Source of the DNA: Bacilli bacterium
GTDB taxonomy: Bacteria; Bacillota_I; Bacilli_A; RFN20; CAG-826
DNA length: 64,000 bases
Reading direction: 5' to 3'
NCBI GenBank assembly: GCA_036649855.1
Contig: JAVWAV010000003.1
Coordinates: forward strand, 10,286-74,285
Part shown: piece by piece, positions 62,280 to 64,000 of the stretch
Position numbering within the stretch: position 1 is the first letter of the stretch
Layout: each line of letters starts with the position of its first letter
The notes under the pieces: model-generated
Databases searched by the model: none
What the model saw: the letters and a program-made list of their open reading frames with translations, nothing else
Told to the model about the DNA's origin: nothing
Position numbers and translations under genes: made by a program

Positions 62280-63106
62280 AATAATGTCTTATTATTTGTT
62301 CTATTAATAGAACTTTCATTTACTAACCATCTATATGTTTTTGCTTCATAATTAGGATGCAATTCAATATCTCCAAGTTTAGCATATGCTCCTTTAGAAT
62401 ATTCAAATCCTTTTCTATGGAATAAATCTATGATTTCATATTCTATATCTAAATCATTTTCTTCAATAGTCTTTTGTATTGACTTCTCTCTACTAGGTGC
62501 TGTTGCTACAAAATAAATCTTTTTAACATGTTTATTAAATTTCTTTATTCCTATTAGAACTCCTGTAGAGGTTATACCACTTCCACAAGTTATTATTAAA
62601 TTATCTAATTCATCTGGAATATTTTTAACTTGATTAGATACTGCGTCTAATATTGCTTCTGGATATTTGCTTAAATTGAATCCATAAGCAATTATAAATT
62701 TATTCTCTTTTGGTGCGTTTTGTTTTGCCAAATAATATAAGTTTACTTGTCTGATATGATTTGGATGAATAGATGGATTTCCACCATAATGTTTAACTAG
62801 TCTTACCATATCTGCCTTTTCTAACATCTCTGGTTTTACTCTTCCATAATATACATCACTAATTAATCCAAAATGTTTTGATACTGCTGCACTTATTGGA
62901 CCTTGAGGACTATGAATGCTACAACAAGTTATTGTTCCCGAATACTCATCTTTAATCTTATCCAACATCATCCAACACTGTCTTAATTTTCCACCATTTA
63001 CTTCTCCTAATCCAAATGGTGCAAATAAATCTTCTCTTTTTACCCACATTCCATTTATATTTTCTACTGGAGTTAGTGCATATGGATCTCTTACTATTTC
63101 TAACAT
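62237..63106 (-). CDS. PLP-dependent enzyme of the ACC deaminase / D-cysteine desulfhydrase family
   Basis: LTPVENINGMWVKREDL....NGGKLRQ resembles the family N-terminal TP..KRDDL..GGNKxRK pattern. Confidence 0.55.
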   Translation of the reverse strand: MLEIVRDPYALTPVENINGMWVKREDLFAPFGLGEVNGGKLRQCWMMLDKIKDEYSGTITCCSIHSPQGPISAAVSKHFGLISDVYYGRVKPEMLEKADMVRLVKHYGGNPSIHPNHIRQVNLYYLAKQNAPKENKFIIAYGFNLSKYPEAILDAVSNQVKNIPDELDNLIITCGSGITSTGVLIGIKKFNKHVKKIYFVATAPSREKSIQKTIEENDLDIEYEIIDLFHRKGFEYSKGAYAKLGDIELHPNYEAKTYRWLVNESSINRTNNKTLFWIVGSLPKLKYGE

Positions 63107-63601
63107 CTAATTCTCCTGTGTTATATATTCAAATAAACTTTTCAAATTCATCTCTGGATTTATTCTAATCGTTTTCTGTTCGACTTCAAATACTCCATAT
63201 ACATTTAATTTAATATATTCTAATAACTTATTTACATTAACTGATTTTATATGTAAAGAGTCATAGAATGCCTGTAGCCATTGTATATCTAACCAAAATA
63301 CTTTCTTTTGAACAACGAACCACAAGAGCATTCCTGCCTTGACTCCTTTATGTTTTGCTTTCTTTATTAATCTCTCATACTGAGGTTGAGTGAAATAACT
63401 AAATGAAGAGTCATGTGTAGACTTACATTCAACATATATTTCATTTGGATATTTATAACATACAAAATCTGCAGGTTGATCTATTGTTTTCTTTCCAATT
63501 ACATCATACAATCTCTGTATATCTACATCAAATCCATCTTTAACATGTGTTAATACTGTATCTTTGAAATTCTTTTCAAATTCTTTTCCACGACTCTTCA
63601 T
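63107..63601 (-). CDS. RecU-like PD-(D/E)XK Holliday junction resolvase
   Basis: QPADFVCYKY..IYVECKSTHD is a D...E.K motif. Confidence 0.5.
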   Translation of the reverse strand: MKSRGKEFEKNFKDTVLTHVKDGFDVDIQRLYDVIGKKTIDQPADFVCYKYPNEIYVECKSTHDSSFSYFTQPQYERLIKKAKHKGVKAGMLLWFVVQKKVFWLDIQWLQAFYDSLHIKSVNVNKLLEYIKLNVYGVFEVEQKTIRINPEMNLKSLFEYITQEN

Positions 63602-63603
63602 AT

Positions 63604-64000
63604 TTAATTACTCCTAGAACATTTTCCTCTATATGAACAATATTGACATGCTTTATCGTTTGTTGTTTTTGGTGGTAATATATTATTCTTCACACAATCA
63701 TCAACATATTCTATTCTCATTACAATATCTTCTCTTTCTTTTTCTGTTACATGTGTATGAAATGTTTGAGGATTACATATATTTCTACTTTCATAAATCC
63801 ACATGATGTCATCAATCTTTAGAGATAATGAATAACACACTGATTGATTTCTATGTTTCTCATCTGCTTCTCTACGATTCATGTTTTTGTAATCTGTTTC
63901 TGTTTTTATTTCAAGTATATAATATTTACCTCTATATCTAATAATACCATCACACAAAAATGATAAATTATATCGAGTATCTAAAAACTTAGTTTCATAT
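63604..64000 (-). CDS. Cas4/RecB-like PD-(D/E)XK exonuclease with C-terminal Cys cluster, 5' end beyond the window
   Basis: ..CDGIIRY..YILEIKTE...CQYCSYRGKC. The frame stays open upstream to position 64000, so the TTG start in the ORF track is not the true start. Confidence 0.6.
   Translation of the reverse strand, partial: YETKFLDTRYNLSFLCDGIIRYRGKYYILEIKTETDYKNMNRREADEKHRNQSVCYSLSLKIDDIMWIYESRNICNPQTFHTHVTEKEREDIVMRIEYVDDCVKNNILPPKTTNDKACQYCSYRGKCSRSN

Noticed and set aside
1182-63110. All plus-strand ORFs in the six-frame track (for example 1182-1442, 5786-6085, 24996-25652, 30020-30373, 45644-45994, 59883-60245).
   Set aside because: Each lies entirely antisense to a longer minus-strand ORF that has recognisable protein features, an RBS and tight operon packing. 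Their translations are low-complexity (S/L/F/I-rich), typical of shadow frames in AT-rich DNA. None has an RBS or family signature that I could see.
1-64000. Possible stop-codon reassignment (alternative genetic code) suggested by several interrupted genes and phage tRNAs.
   Set aside because: More than 100 long genes read through cleanly with the standard code. The interruptions in dam and cysK are frame changes at simple repeats, not in-frame stops. No tRNA with a CUA, UCA or UUA anticodon was found.
1-64000. CRISPR arrays, integrase/attachment sites, transposons, and diversity-generating retroelements near the tail fibre gene.
   Set aside because: I saw no regularly spaced direct repeats. 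I found no integrase, transposase or reverse-transcriptase ORF. I found no template/variable repeat pair.

Overview
The window is visibly AT-rich and is tiled almost without gaps by minus-strand genes. It reads as part of a large tailed phage, probably of a low-GC host; no plus-strand gene is supported. In transcription order (high to low coordinates) it contains three blocks. (1) A replication/recombination block: Cas4-like nuclease, RecU-like resolvase, RNase HI, RecA-like recombinase, a DnaX/delta'/delta clamp loader, a sigma factor, and an ATP-dependent DNA ligase. (2) An accessory block of small genes: MazF-like toxin, Ntn/HslV-like hydrolase, Dam plus MTA/SAH nucleosidase, CysE and CysK-like enzymes, and a minimal GGDEF cyclase. 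This block ends in a 1.7 kb ORF-free RNA island with a tmRNA, tRNA-Ala, initiator-like tRNA-Met and a non-canonical tRNA-like element. (3) A virion block: large terminase, sheath/tube-like pair, portal, a run of unknown head-module proteins, MuF, a second sigma-like protein, protease/scaffold, capsid, connectors, chaperone, tape measure, PBSX-like baseplate and tail fibre. Selfish-element content is the most striking feature. There is a class-3-like LAGLIDADG intein in the terminase. The ligase is a 'fractured' gene (split intein plus free-standing Vsr-like endonuclease). The DnaX intein interior is dual-coding, with an out-of-frame Vsr/DUF559-like endonuclease ORF. GIY-YIG and HNH endonuclease genes are also present. 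Other leads are a ~30-aa module shared by six head-module proteins (one with an encapsulated-ferritin-like domain, one MazG-like), frameshift-interrupted dam and cysK-like genes at simple repeats, and a conserved 15-nt promoter-like motif.
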